Below, piece by piece: positions 46,737-56,068 of a DNA stretch of 64,000 nucleotides. Position numbers and translations under genes: made by a program. This DNA is from a virus. Location of the stretch: positions 7,955 to 71,954 of the IMG/VR virus record IMGVR_UViG_3300040811_001208; one strand, given 5' to 3'. Every line of letters starts with the position of its first letter. Position 1 is the stretch's first letter. Below the pieces are notes generated by a model. The model saw only the letters and a program-made list of their open reading frames with translations. It had not been told where the DNA came from and made no database searches.

Positions 46737-48148
46737 ATAGAGTCTTGGGCGTTAATATAACCAATTAAACTATTATATCTATCCACCTCTTCGTTCTCTC
46801 CACCTATTGACTGTCTCAATCCCCATATTTGTAGTGCATATTTATTTCTTTCTTCTCTTAGTGCATTAGCCGCATTAAGTTTGTCTGTTGTCGATAAAGA
46901 AGATTCTGCGGAATCTCTTGTTGCTTCTGCAGTAGAAATTGTAGTATTCAGAGGACTACATCCACTTTGACTTATTGCCGAATATACTTGACTTGCAACA
47001 AGAGCAGGATTATATGATGCTATTGATATACTTCTAGTATCTCCTTTAGATGCAGGATCACCTAAAGCATCAACTGGCTCATCAGTAAATCCAATTTTAT
47101 AATAAATCTTTCCTGCGCCAACTTTAGGTTCTTTAATGGTTTCACCTTTTTTCTCGGTTCCCTCTAATTCTGGTTTCCACTCTTGAGTCTCTGGCGGTTT
47201 TCCACTATTATCCACTTCAATTTTATATCCTTTTCCTAAAGTAGAAGAATTCATAATACCGATTGTCTCTGGGGAAAATGGATTTTTTGTGAATTTTACA
47301 GAATACTTAAATCTTTCTTGTAGTGCCTGTTCATCATCTGGGTCAGTCACAATAGTAAAAGTAACATAAGAACCATCACTTTCTGGCAATGATGTAAATC
47401 CTACAGTATTATTTTGTAATATTATAGTAGAAACTTCAAGTGCTGTTGTTGCAATTCCAGTTATTGTTTCGATTTCTGTAGAGTAAATTGTTGTCGATCC
47501 AAAGCCAACAATAGTATTATAGTCTCCCGAAAATAATCCTTCTTTACCGGAAATTACAAGATTAGTTGGTTCATATTCTTGTATTAATTCATCAGAAATT
47601 TGAGAAACAATGGCGAGTTCGGTTGATCCTGCTCCAACTACTCCAATGAATTCACCTATGGTGGTATCACCAATATCCTTTAAGTATCTTTGGTCATAAT
47701 ATTTTAGGCCATAAAGATTGTCACTTTGATTTCCAGTTCCAATAACTACAGTTCCTGCAGCATATGTTGTAATTCCACCAGAAGAGTCTAAGTGAGTAAT
47801 ACTTGTTGCATAACCAACATCGCCAAGTTGATCTACTTCTAATGAAAAATCATAGCTAATTGGAGAACCTCCCCCACCAGAAGTTGAGAATCCAGTTATT
47901 TTCCAAAACAAATCTGTTCTACACCCAGAATCAATTCTTGCTTGGTATGCATCCTTCACTGCTTGAATCGTATTATTTGTAGAATTAATATCACCAAATA
48001 AGTCGCTATCAATAGCAATAATTCCATTATCATATAATTCTTTTTCTGCATCCGTTAAAAGAATTTGAGTTTTAAAATGATTGATATTATTAACTTTTTG
48101 AATTGCTTTATTTCTAGAGTCTCTTACTAAATCATCAGATAGTGCCAT
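46733..48148 (-). CDS. virion structural protein
   Basis: 471-aa ORF in baseplate operon. Confidence 0.65.
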   Translation of the reverse strand: MALSDDLVRDSRNKAIQKVNNINHFKTQILLTDAEKELYDNGIIAIDSDLFGDINSTNNTIQAVKDAYQARIDSGCRTDLFWKITGFSTSGGGGSPISYDFSLEVDQLGDVGYATSITHLDSSGGITTYAAGTVVIGTGNQSDNLYGLKYYDQRYLKDIGDTTIGEFIGVVGAGSTELAIVSQISDELIQEYEPTNLVISGKEGLFSGDYNTIVGFGSTTIYSTEIETITGIATTALEVSTIILQNNTVGFTSLPESDGSYVTFTIVTDPDDEQALQERFKYSVKFTKNPFSPETIGIMNSSTLGKGYKIEVDNSGKPPETQEWKPELEGTEKKGETIKEPKVGAGKIYYKIGFTDEPVDALGDPASKGDTRSISIASYNPALVASQVYSAISQSGCSPLNTTISTAEATRDSAESSLSTTDKLNAANALREERNKYALQIWGLRQSIGGENEEVDRYNSLIGYINAQDSI

Positions 48149-49066
48149 TTATTTTGTCCTCATTTCTTTTCCTTCATACTCAACTTCGAGATCTGGAACA
48201 TCTTTTCTTTTGCCATAAACAACATAACTACAATTTATCAATCCACCAGAGTTATTTTGTATATTTATTCTGGTTCCCCATTCGATTGATTTTACAAACA
48301 ACTCTTGGTAGCATTCATGTGGAGTTAAATTGACAGTTATTGTTTCTGGATCTACTAATCCTCTCCAATATTCCGGTAATACAATAACATTATTATTCTT
48401 TAATTTTCCTCTGTAGTATACGCCAATCTCTGGGCCTTCAATGCAGGCATGAACCAATCGATGATTGGGCTTTGTTGGATGTGGGATATCAAATTCTTTC
48501 CAAGCCTGGACATTAATTGTTCCCCTCAAAGAAACATTATTACAAACTAAACTACCATCGACAATGAGATTTCCGTTGATAACCTTATTTCCATTATCAA
48601 CTGTCGCTCCAGAAACAGATTCTCTACCGTTTCTTGCCTCTGCTCCACTTTCTGCGACTACTCCAGTAAGAACTTTATCGCCATTCCAGGTATATCTTCC
48701 AGTTCCTGCTAGAGATTCTGTTCTAATATTAATAAATGTATCATTGACAATATTGATAACAATGGAATTTACAGAAATTCCTACCTTACCAGCAATATCA
48801 CCAAGCATCACATCAACTTGAGTCGGAGAAAATCCTTTTGATGATACCTTAAAGATTGAAGGAGGTATTGTGATTGCATCAGTATTCGTACACCTAGCAA
48901 CCATCAGGTTTGCTTCTGCACTAGGATATGATGTTGGGTCACCAACAATCATTGGGCCTTCAATGAATGCAGATCCTCTAATTTCTGTTGGGCCTATTCC
49001 AAGTCCAACTGGATTTCCAAGTCCAACAAATAATCTTTTTCCTACGAATAAATCAGGTACTTTCAT
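48149..49066 (-). CDS. spike-associated protein with chaperone-like C-terminal domain
   Basis: beta-helix-like repeats; FDIPHP..RLVHACIEGPE..VYYRG. Confidence 0.6.
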   Translation of the reverse strand: MKVPDLFVGKRLFVGLGNPVGLGIGPTEIRGSAFIEGPMIVGDPTSYPSAEANLMVARCTNTDAITIPPSIFKVSSKGFSPTQVDVMLGDIAGKVGISVNSIVINIVNDTFINIRTESLAGTGRYTWNGDKVLTGVVAESGAEARNGRESVSGATVDNGNKVINGNLIVDGSLVCNNVSLRGTINVQAWKEFDIPHPTKPNHRLVHACIEGPEIGVYYRGKLKNNNVIVLPEYWRGLVDPETITVNLTPHECYQELFVKSIEWGTRINIQNNSGGLINCSYVVYGKRKDVPDLEVEYEGKEMRTK

Positions 49067-49641
49067 CTATTTTGTGTTTCGTTTTTATAGGGAATTCCAC
49101 CAGAAGACTTTGATCCATTAAGACTTGTTGCTCCATCTGCAGCATCAATCAATCCTCCGTAAATATTTAATATTCCTTTCCCTATCAAATTGACAGTATT
49201 TTCGGAAAAAAGTTTTGTTGATACTTTTGAGCTGATGCTGATGCTTTGTGCATCCATAATAATCTTTTCATTTGCACTCAAGTCTATGACTCCATTTTTT
49301 CCATCACCACCAGTTGCTTTTAGATTGATATTTTCTCCTTCAATTCTTACTCTTCCGCTTGCCTTGATAACAACATCACCACTAACTGCCTCAAAATAAA
49401 TTCCGGGAATTCCACTAGGAACATTATCTCCTGCCTTTACCTGAAATGCTCCTGGAGATCTACAAACAGTTCCATATTTCAAATGCGTGTCTCCAGTAGA
49501 ACTCATCGCAATGTAATGCTTTGAGTGTGCTCCACTTCTTGCTAAAAAAGAAAATAAATTATTTCGATCATCAATGTGACCAAACTTTATTTCTCCGTCT
49601 TTGTTTCCATATCTTATGGTATGGTAATTTTCTCTTGTCAT
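49063..49641 (-). CDS. gp5 C-terminal/spike-like protein
   Basis: beta-strand repeats downstream of gp5. Confidence 0.55.
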   Translation of the reverse strand: MTRENYHTIRYGNKDGEIKFGHIDDRNNLFSFLARSGAHSKHYIAMSSTGDTHLKYGTVCRSPGAFQVKAGDNVPSGIPGIYFEAVSGDVVIKASGRVRIEGENINLKATGGDGKNGVIDLSANEKIIMDAQSISISSKVSTKLFSENTVNLIGKGILNIYGGLIDAADGATSLNGSKSSGGIPYKNETQNR

Positions 49642-51980
49642 TATTGTGGTACTCTAAAGAATGTTGTTTGTGGAACTTTTCCAACACAATCGACAACAGA
49701 AATAATTTGATCCTGTATTTCTGCTTCTTTATATCGGTCTTCCGACACTCTATCTATACAGAACCTTGGAATCAGCTTGGCATTATTTCCTGTTTCGCTT
49801 TCGATATAAATTCTAGGAATGTCTTTAAATCCTTCACCAAAAGAAGTAATTTTAATACTTTCTAGAGCACCAAATGCACCAAACTTCGGAACTACAACTG
49901 CTCCATTATCTGGTGTAATGACTATCTTATCATTTTCGGTATATCCAAATCCGGCATTTTCGATTTCAAGTCCACAAAGATACAAAATAACAGGATATTG
50001 TCCAGTACCAAGTGATGGATAATCTCCACGAGCAAGAGCACTTGGTATTTGAACTGGTGCTGTTATTGCTCCATAATTATTGACAACATAATCAGTACCT
50101 CCTGGGATGACCTCATTTCCTAATTCTGTTGAGGTTCTAGTTGGAAGTCTTATTGTATCGCCAGGAATAAGATTAACAGTATCACCAGGAATATAAGGAA
50201 TATCATAAGTTCCGTCAGGGTGCTTCACTGTCGTATTATCTGCTGGTGCCCACACTCTGCCATCACCGCCACGATCACCATCAGGACTTGAGATATAATC
50301 AATTCCAGGATCTGTTATTATTACTGATACAACTCCTTTTGTTGTTGCGTTTGTGGTGCCATTTCCAGCAAAAGTTTCATCTCCTGTATCACCCAAAACT
50401 GCTCTTCCTGTTGCACCTCTTCCTTTACCACAAGCATCATAAAATCTAACAAAAGGTGCATTTGTATAACCAGAACCAAAAGAAGTTAGATCAACTCCCA
50501 GTATTTGGCCTGTGGCACTCACAATCGCATTTCCGGCAGCGCCACTTCCCCCTCCCCCAAAAAATTCTACTGTGGGAGGCCCACATAAGATCGCATCGAC
50601 ATTACAATTATTAGCAAATACATCACTGAAATCTAAATCAAAATCAAAATTATCTGGGTTTATTGCTTCGGATACACTACTTGCATAAGATTTAATTTTA
50701 TCAACTAATGAATTTACATCAAAAGAAGCCAATCCAGTAGAACCAGCGCCATCCCAAATATTCCATTCTTTTACTTGTGGACAATCTGGCTTTTCTTCGC
50801 AAGAAAGAAAAGAAAGTAAATCTACAATAAAATTAATAATGTCACCAACAATATCGAATGCGCCAAGGAGCACTTTTATTGGTGCAAGTATTGCATTTAG
50901 AGCGGATGTAATCAACCCAATTAACTTGCCAAGTAATCCGCCAAGCATATTCTCAACTGCACATAGCGGAACATTGATAAATCTATCAACAGCGGCAAGT
51001 AAAAACTTACCAATCATTTTGAGAAGATTGCTAATAATCTTTCTAAAGAGACAGGCAATTAAATCATTTGCCGTATCCATTTTTTCCTTGAATTCGGCTC
51101 TCTGATTGGGAAAAAGTAAATAATATAAATCTTTTGCAGTATTATTAATTTTATTAGTTACAAATTTTTGTATTTCAGTGATGACCCACTTGACGCCCCC
51201 AGATATAAATTTTGCAGCATCATTTATCGCATTATTGATAAAATTTTCAACATCTTGTATTCCTTTAGTAACAGTTTGTCTCCAACTGTTAATTTGCTTT
51301 CTTACTGCTTCAATTTTTTGTATTAAATTTCTAATCTTAATTTGAACTTCACTTAAAGGTATTCTGTCGCATTGCGAAGGAACTGCCAAAGATGTATTTT
51401 CTTCATCTCCTGCTTCTTGGTCTGCGGTATTATTTTCTAATGGTGTGTTTGAGGTATTGGACTCAATAGTAGAAGAGTTTCCTCCCTGTCCAGATCCAGG
51501 AACCTGGGGAGAACCGCCAGGAGCAATTGCATAATAAGGAATTAGTTGGTCAATCTGAAAAGCAGTTATCGGATCAAATCCTTTTTTCTGATTTCTCTCT
51601 AAAACTGTTTGCTCATTATTTCCGATGCATCCAAGAATTAATGGCTCATTGCCATCAATTCCGTCTTTATAAATTCCAAATACAACAGAACCTTGCCTTA
51701 GATTTGATGTTTGATAGCTAGAAGCGTGACCAGAACCAGCAGTAACAGGATAAAGAACTTCACATAACTCAAGTTTATCATCACTGAGTTTTTCTTTTAC
51801 ATCTGTATGTTTTCCAAAGATTCTAACTTTATATCTCGATCCCCATCCAGGTAGTTCGTCAATACTTGACCACTTTTCTGCTTTTTGGTTCCCTTTCCAA
51901 GATTCGTCAGATACAATAACCCCTGTCCACCAATATGTTCCTGCTCCTATTGATTCTGAATTGAAAAGATTATTCGTCAT
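49641..51980 (-). CDS. gp5: baseplate hub/central spike gp5-like protein
   Basis: WWTGVIV..RYKVRIFGKH..VFG..DG...PLILG OB-fold. Confidence 0.8.
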   Translation of the reverse strand: MTNNLFNSESIGAGTYWWTGVIVSDESWKGNQKAEKWSSIDELPGWGSRYKVRIFGKHTDVKEKLSDDKLELCEVLYPVTAGSGHASSYQTSNLRQGSVVFGIYKDGIDGNEPLILGCIGNNEQTVLERNQKKGFDPITAFQIDQLIPYYAIAPGGSPQVPGSGQGGNSSTIESNTSNTPLENNTADQEAGDEENTSLAVPSQCDRIPLSEVQIKIRNLIQKIEAVRKQINSWRQTVTKGIQDVENFINNAINDAAKFISGGVKWVITEIQKFVTNKINNTAKDLYYLLFPNQRAEFKEKMDTANDLIACLFRKIISNLLKMIGKFLLAAVDRFINVPLCAVENMLGGLLGKLIGLITSALNAILAPIKVLLGAFDIVGDIINFIVDLLSFLSCEEKPDCPQVKEWNIWDGAGSTGLASFDVNSLVDKIKSYASSVSEAINPDNFDFDLDFSDVFANNCNVDAILCGPPTVEFFGGGGSGAAGNAIVSATGQILGVDLTSFGSGYTNAPFVRFYDACGKGRGATGRAVLGDTGDETFAGNGTTNATTKGVVSVIITDPGIDYISSPDGDRGGDGRVWAPADNTTVKHPDGTYDIPYIPGDTVNLIPGDTIRLPTRTSTELGNEVIPGGTDYVVNNYGAITAPVQIPSALARGDYPSLGTGQYPVILYLCGLEIENAGFGYTENDKIVITPDNGAVVVPKFGAFGALESIKITSFGEGFKDIPRIYIESETGNNAKLIPRFCIDRVSEDRYKEAEIQDQIISVVDCVGKVPQTTFFRVPQ

Positions 51981-53287
51981 CTTTTAAATGGTTTCCTACC
52001 ATAAGAATCTCTTACCAAAGTCAATTGAGTATATGTGCTACCACGAGCATCCAATTGTTGAATAAGACTTGCTATCATATATATACCACTATTTTTGCCA
52101 CTGACTACCTGTGTCCTATCACTACTCAATTCTGGGAAATCGCAGTAGATCAAATCGCCAGCACGATGTGAATAATCTCCTGCTATTACAATATTCAGAA
52201 CAATTGTGAAAAGTTGATTATAGCGACTGGCTGCTTGTGCTGTGATTTCATCGACATTATAATCTTGTTTCTTTGATTTGTCTTTATCAATTGGTTGCAT
52301 GATTCCAACTGGTTGCATCTTACTGATGATTCTAGTTGGTTTCCCGGCAATATCTTTTGGGAGAATTGGAAGATTATTTCCTGCTAAGTTTATTCCTTCT
52401 TTTCCTTCATCTTCATAAGTTATTTCTTTTTGTTTATATTCTGTTGTATAATAGTCATAAGTCTTAACCTTAGACCCATAAGCACCAATTGCCATTTTTT
52501 GTTGGACATCAATGTTAATGACTGGAGTTGCTTCTAGTATTTTCCCATCATAACCTACTGGAAGTTCGGTGGTATTATTGTAAATGTATTTCTTATATCC
52601 TCTATTTTCATCAAGAAGTTTTTCAATCGATTTGAACTTGAACCCATCGTGGGTCTCAAAGAAAAAGAATCCGGCGGAGGCAGCAGTGCTTCCTACTGGA
52701 ATACTTCTTTTTCCTAACCAAGTGCATTTATAAAATGGTTTTTCTGTATGTCCGATAAAGGAGTATTCATTTTCTGTATCTTCAATATCAATATCTTTTT
52801 CTGTTTTTAAGAAATTCTTAAGTATAGTATCTACTGATGTTGATATTTTCCCATCAAATCTCTCGTCAACTCTTGTTTCTACTAATTCATTTGTGAAAAA
52901 TTCTTTAGTCACAAGGTCAATCACAAACACCATATTCTGGGTATGCTCCATTTTATTTCTGATTCTTCCAATATATAAAGATTTCTCATCGGAAAAACGA
53001 AGTTGATTTCCATAACCATCTTCCATGTGGAGTTCTACTTTTTCTCCTCCACACATATCAAGTCCTTCGATCAGTCCAACATACTTACCATCACTTTCGA
53101 TTGAATATCCAGTATCTGCAATGATTGCCGTTGCTTTGACTTGATTTTCTAGGATGCTTTCATAATAATGTAAGTTGACGAATATACCCTCTTTCTGTGG
53201 TATATCCGCAAACTTGTCATTTCTGTTAGAATAGATCCTAAACTTTGTGACATTAAAATCATTTACTGCCTGATTGTTTAATCCCAT
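51977..53287 (-). CDS. baseplate hub protein (gp27-like)
   Basis: YYESIL, FFFFETHDGFKFKSI, GDLIYC..SGIYMI..T.LTLVRDS; precedes gp5. Confidence 0.7.
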   Translation of the reverse strand: MGLNNQAVNDFNVTKFRIYSNRNDKFADIPQKEGIFVNLHYYESILENQVKATAIIADTGYSIESDGKYVGLIEGLDMCGGEKVELHMEDGYGNQLRFSDEKSLYIGRIRNKMEHTQNMVFVIDLVTKEFFTNELVETRVDERFDGKISTSVDTILKNFLKTEKDIDIEDTENEYSFIGHTEKPFYKCTWLGKRSIPVGSTAASAGFFFFETHDGFKFKSIEKLLDENRGYKKYIYNNTTELPVGYDGKILEATPVINIDVQQKMAIGAYGSKVKTYDYYTTEYKQKEITYEDEGKEGINLAGNNLPILPKDIAGKPTRIISKMQPVGIMQPIDKDKSKKQDYNVDEITAQAASRYNQLFTIVLNIVIAGDYSHRAGDLIYCDFPELSSDRTQVVSGKNSGIYMIASLIQQLDARGSTYTQLTLVRDSYGRKPFKR

Positions 53288-56067
53288 TATCCGATACTTA
53301 GTGCTGCTGTTGTGGGAGTTGATTGTGTATTATCTATGATCGTGGAAGATCCAGTTCTTCCCATAGTGACTGGGATTGTTTTTTCCACAATTACTCTTTG
53401 TATCATAATAGTAGAAGACTTTGATGGATTATAATATTCAGCATAATTTTGAAGAACTCGCAATGCTCCTTTGTAGTTTGATTTGTTAAGAGAATCCAAA
53501 AATCCAGGATAATTTTCCTCTAGTGCCGCAGTAGTATCAGCGTCTAGGACAAATTCTGGTCCTTTTTCTCCAAGAATTGCTCTTGTAAGTCCTCTAACTT
53601 TTCCCCCATCTTCAAAAGCTACATGTACATGGTGATAATGATTTCCAGGATCTATTGGAGGAACTTGCTTTCCGTTTTTAATACTAAACCCAAGAGGAGT
53701 ATAAATTATCTCCTTTGCGGTCTTTCCATATTTTTTTACTAATTCTTGTGCGAGTTTTAATTGTTCCGGTGTTCCCTTTCCCACAGCATCATTAGAAAAA
53801 TCCATTGCTCTTCCAGAACCGTGGTATCCAGGGTCTCCCGGTCTAACATGCGAGTACAATGGAACTCCAAAACTTTCTGCAAGTTTTCTTACTTCTTCTA
53901 GATTTCCTTGTTCGTCGCCCAATGGAACAAATCCACCAGTAGTAGTTGGCTTATAAACTGTAATCTTAGGAGCAGATGATACTTTTTGTGCTGACCCAAG
54001 ATACCTTTTGTATGCTCCAGTTTTATATACAGTCCAAGCACCAAACCCTTGGCTTTTTTTGATTAATCTTGCCGCATGTGCATTAGTGACAGGATCCTTA
54101 AGTTGTGCATCATTGCTAATACCAAATTGCTTTCTTCTTTCTGGTCCCAAATTGCCAATCATATTAATTTGCCACAATCCATATGAATTATCAGGAGGTT
54201 TTCTATTATGTGCATTAGAATTACCACCAGACTCTGCCATAGCAATAGCAGCCATAATAACAGCATCCGAATCGCTAAATCCAGCACCTTTGGCCAATCC
54301 AACTAATTGCTCCATACTTAATTGTCCACGAGCAATTGTTCCTACGGCAACTTCTCCAGTTGCTGTACCATCCATTTCCGGAACACCACCAGAATCATAA
54401 ATGCCTTGTTTGTTTAACTGTTGGCGAATTGCCTGTAAGGTATTAGAAACTTTGCTATTGACCATTGTCTGTAGTGTCTTGGCAATTCGTTCTCCTATTT
54501 TTATACCAACATTTTCATTGGTTGATAATGTCCTAGGAATCATACCACCACCGGCAAGACCAATAATTTGTCTCTGTATATTACTAATAGAAGCAGTGGT
54601 TTCCGAATCTATTGCACTTTGAATGAGGTAACCAAGTCCTATTCCGAATTTTTTGAATACTCTGTTATCTATCCTTTGTCCCATGTCGGAATCTATAGCA
54701 GAGCCCATTAATTCGCCAATCAATGGTATTTTCTTATATTCTTTTGAAGAAGTTTCTAATACCCCCAATGGATTCTTTTGTCTTGGATCAGTTGTAGTCG
54801 GAAATAGTTTCTCGATTTGTTTCTTGCCGCCAATGTCCTTGCCAGGAATTGATTTTTGTGGTTGAATTTTTGGTGGCTTGGATCTTACTTTTCTTATTGT
54901 CCTCTTTACTGCACCACCAACTTTTTTTCCTCCTCTAGTAACTTGACCGCCTTTTGCTTTTGCCTTGAGCTTGTCATCGCCGATAAGACTATCATAAAGT
55001 GCTCCACCCACAAGATCGCCAACAATACCACCAAGAATAGTTCCAGCAAATGGAAAGGGAACAAAAGTTCCAAGTGCAGATCCGATTGTGGATCCTAATG
55101 CCTTTGCTGCTGCTCTTCCCGGCTTCTCCTTGAAGATAACTGTGCTAATAATAAAGTCAACTAGTCCACCAATGATGGGAATCTTTCCAAGTGCTTTTCC
55201 TGCAAATCTTCCAGTGAGTCTTCCAGCTGTTTTTCCAGTTAGACCTTTGTAACTTCTCTTTCCAAACTTTTCTACATATGCTTTTTCTCCATATCTTTCT
55301 AAGAATCTTGCCTGAGATCTTTTACTTACTTTTTTTCCTGTTTGTTTATCAACACCAAGTCGTTCTCTTTTTCCGTCACCAAAATCCATTCCACCGCCAG
55401 TGGCAGCAAGACCAGCAATAATGGCAAGATTTGCGAAGGTATTGAATTGTTTATTGAACTCATCAAACTTTTTCTCTAGGTCTTCTCCTCCAACAGTCTT
55501 GGCGATTTCTTTGATCTTATCTTGTGCCTTATATCCAGCACCTATAAAATCAACTATTCCATTTAAAATGTTACCAGTGAGCTTTTCAAAAAACTCAAAT
55601 GCCGGTACTAGTAATTTGGTGAACTTAAGTATTTCTGGAATGTGCTTCCCAAACTTAACAAATGCAGATCCAAGTAGAGTATAGAAAAGAAACTGCCGGA
55701 TTCTATCTAAGAATCCCATCTTGGGAAATGGAGTTGCTTTAATTCCTGGTAAATTTCTTTCTTTCTTTTTTTCTAATCTTAATTCTTTCTCTTCTCTCTT
55801 TTTATTTTCGTCTTGTTTCTTGTTATTTTCTTGTTCTTTCTTTCTCAGTACGCGACCTTTTGCGATCAACTTTTGGATTTTTTTGACATCTTTATCAATC
55901 TGAATCAATTCTGACAGTATTGATTTCTTTTCCTCGTTTCCTGGATTTGCAGCTGGTTGGACATCAGTTTCTGTTCTTGTGCTACCAGAAACTGTGGCTC
56001 CTGTTGCTACTGGAGCAGTACTAGTAGATGTGGATCTTCCAAAGAAAGTTTCTGTATTAATTGCCAT
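53287..56067 (-). CDS. tape-measure-like tail protein with lytic transglycosylase and putative metallopeptidase domains
   Basis: AIAMAESGG..SYGLWQIN; HGSGRAMDF..HHVHVAF; GEKGPE. Confidence 0.75.
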   Translation of the reverse strand: MAINTETFFGRSTSTSTAPVATGATVSGSTRTETDVQPAANPGNEEKKSILSELIQIDKDVKKIQKLIAKGRVLRKKEQENNKKQDENKKREEKELRLEKKKERNLPGIKATPFPKMGFLDRIRQFLFYTLLGSAFVKFGKHIPEILKFTKLLVPAFEFFEKLTGNILNGIVDFIGAGYKAQDKIKEIAKTVGGEDLEKKFDEFNKQFNTFANLAIIAGLAATGGGMDFGDGKRERLGVDKQTGKKVSKRSQARFLERYGEKAYVEKFGKRSYKGLTGKTAGRLTGRFAGKALGKIPIIGGLVDFIISTVIFKEKPGRAAAKALGSTIGSALGTFVPFPFAGTILGGIVGDLVGGALYDSLIGDDKLKAKAKGGQVTRGGKKVGGAVKRTIRKVRSKPPKIQPQKSIPGKDIGGKKQIEKLFPTTTDPRQKNPLGVLETSSKEYKKIPLIGELMGSAIDSDMGQRIDNRVFKKFGIGLGYLIQSAIDSETTASISNIQRQIIGLAGGGMIPRTLSTNENVGIKIGERIAKTLQTMVNSKVSNTLQAIRQQLNKQGIYDSGGVPEMDGTATGEVAVGTIARGQLSMEQLVGLAKGAGFSDSDAVIMAAIAMAESGGNSNAHNRKPPDNSYGLWQINMIGNLGPERRKQFGISNDAQLKDPVTNAHAARLIKKSQGFGAWTVYKTGAYKRYLGSAQKVSSAPKITVYKPTTTGGFVPLGDEQGNLEEVRKLAESFGVPLYSHVRPGDPGYHGSGRAMDFSNDAVGKGTPEQLKLAQELVKKYGKTAKEIIYTPLGFSIKNGKQVPPIDPGNHYHHVHVAFEDGGKVRGLTRAILGEKGPEFVLDADTTAALEENYPGFLDSLNKSNYKGALRVLQNYAEYYNPSKSSTIMIQRVIVEKTIPVTMGRTGSSTIIDNTQSTPTTAALSIG

Positions 56068-56068
56068 C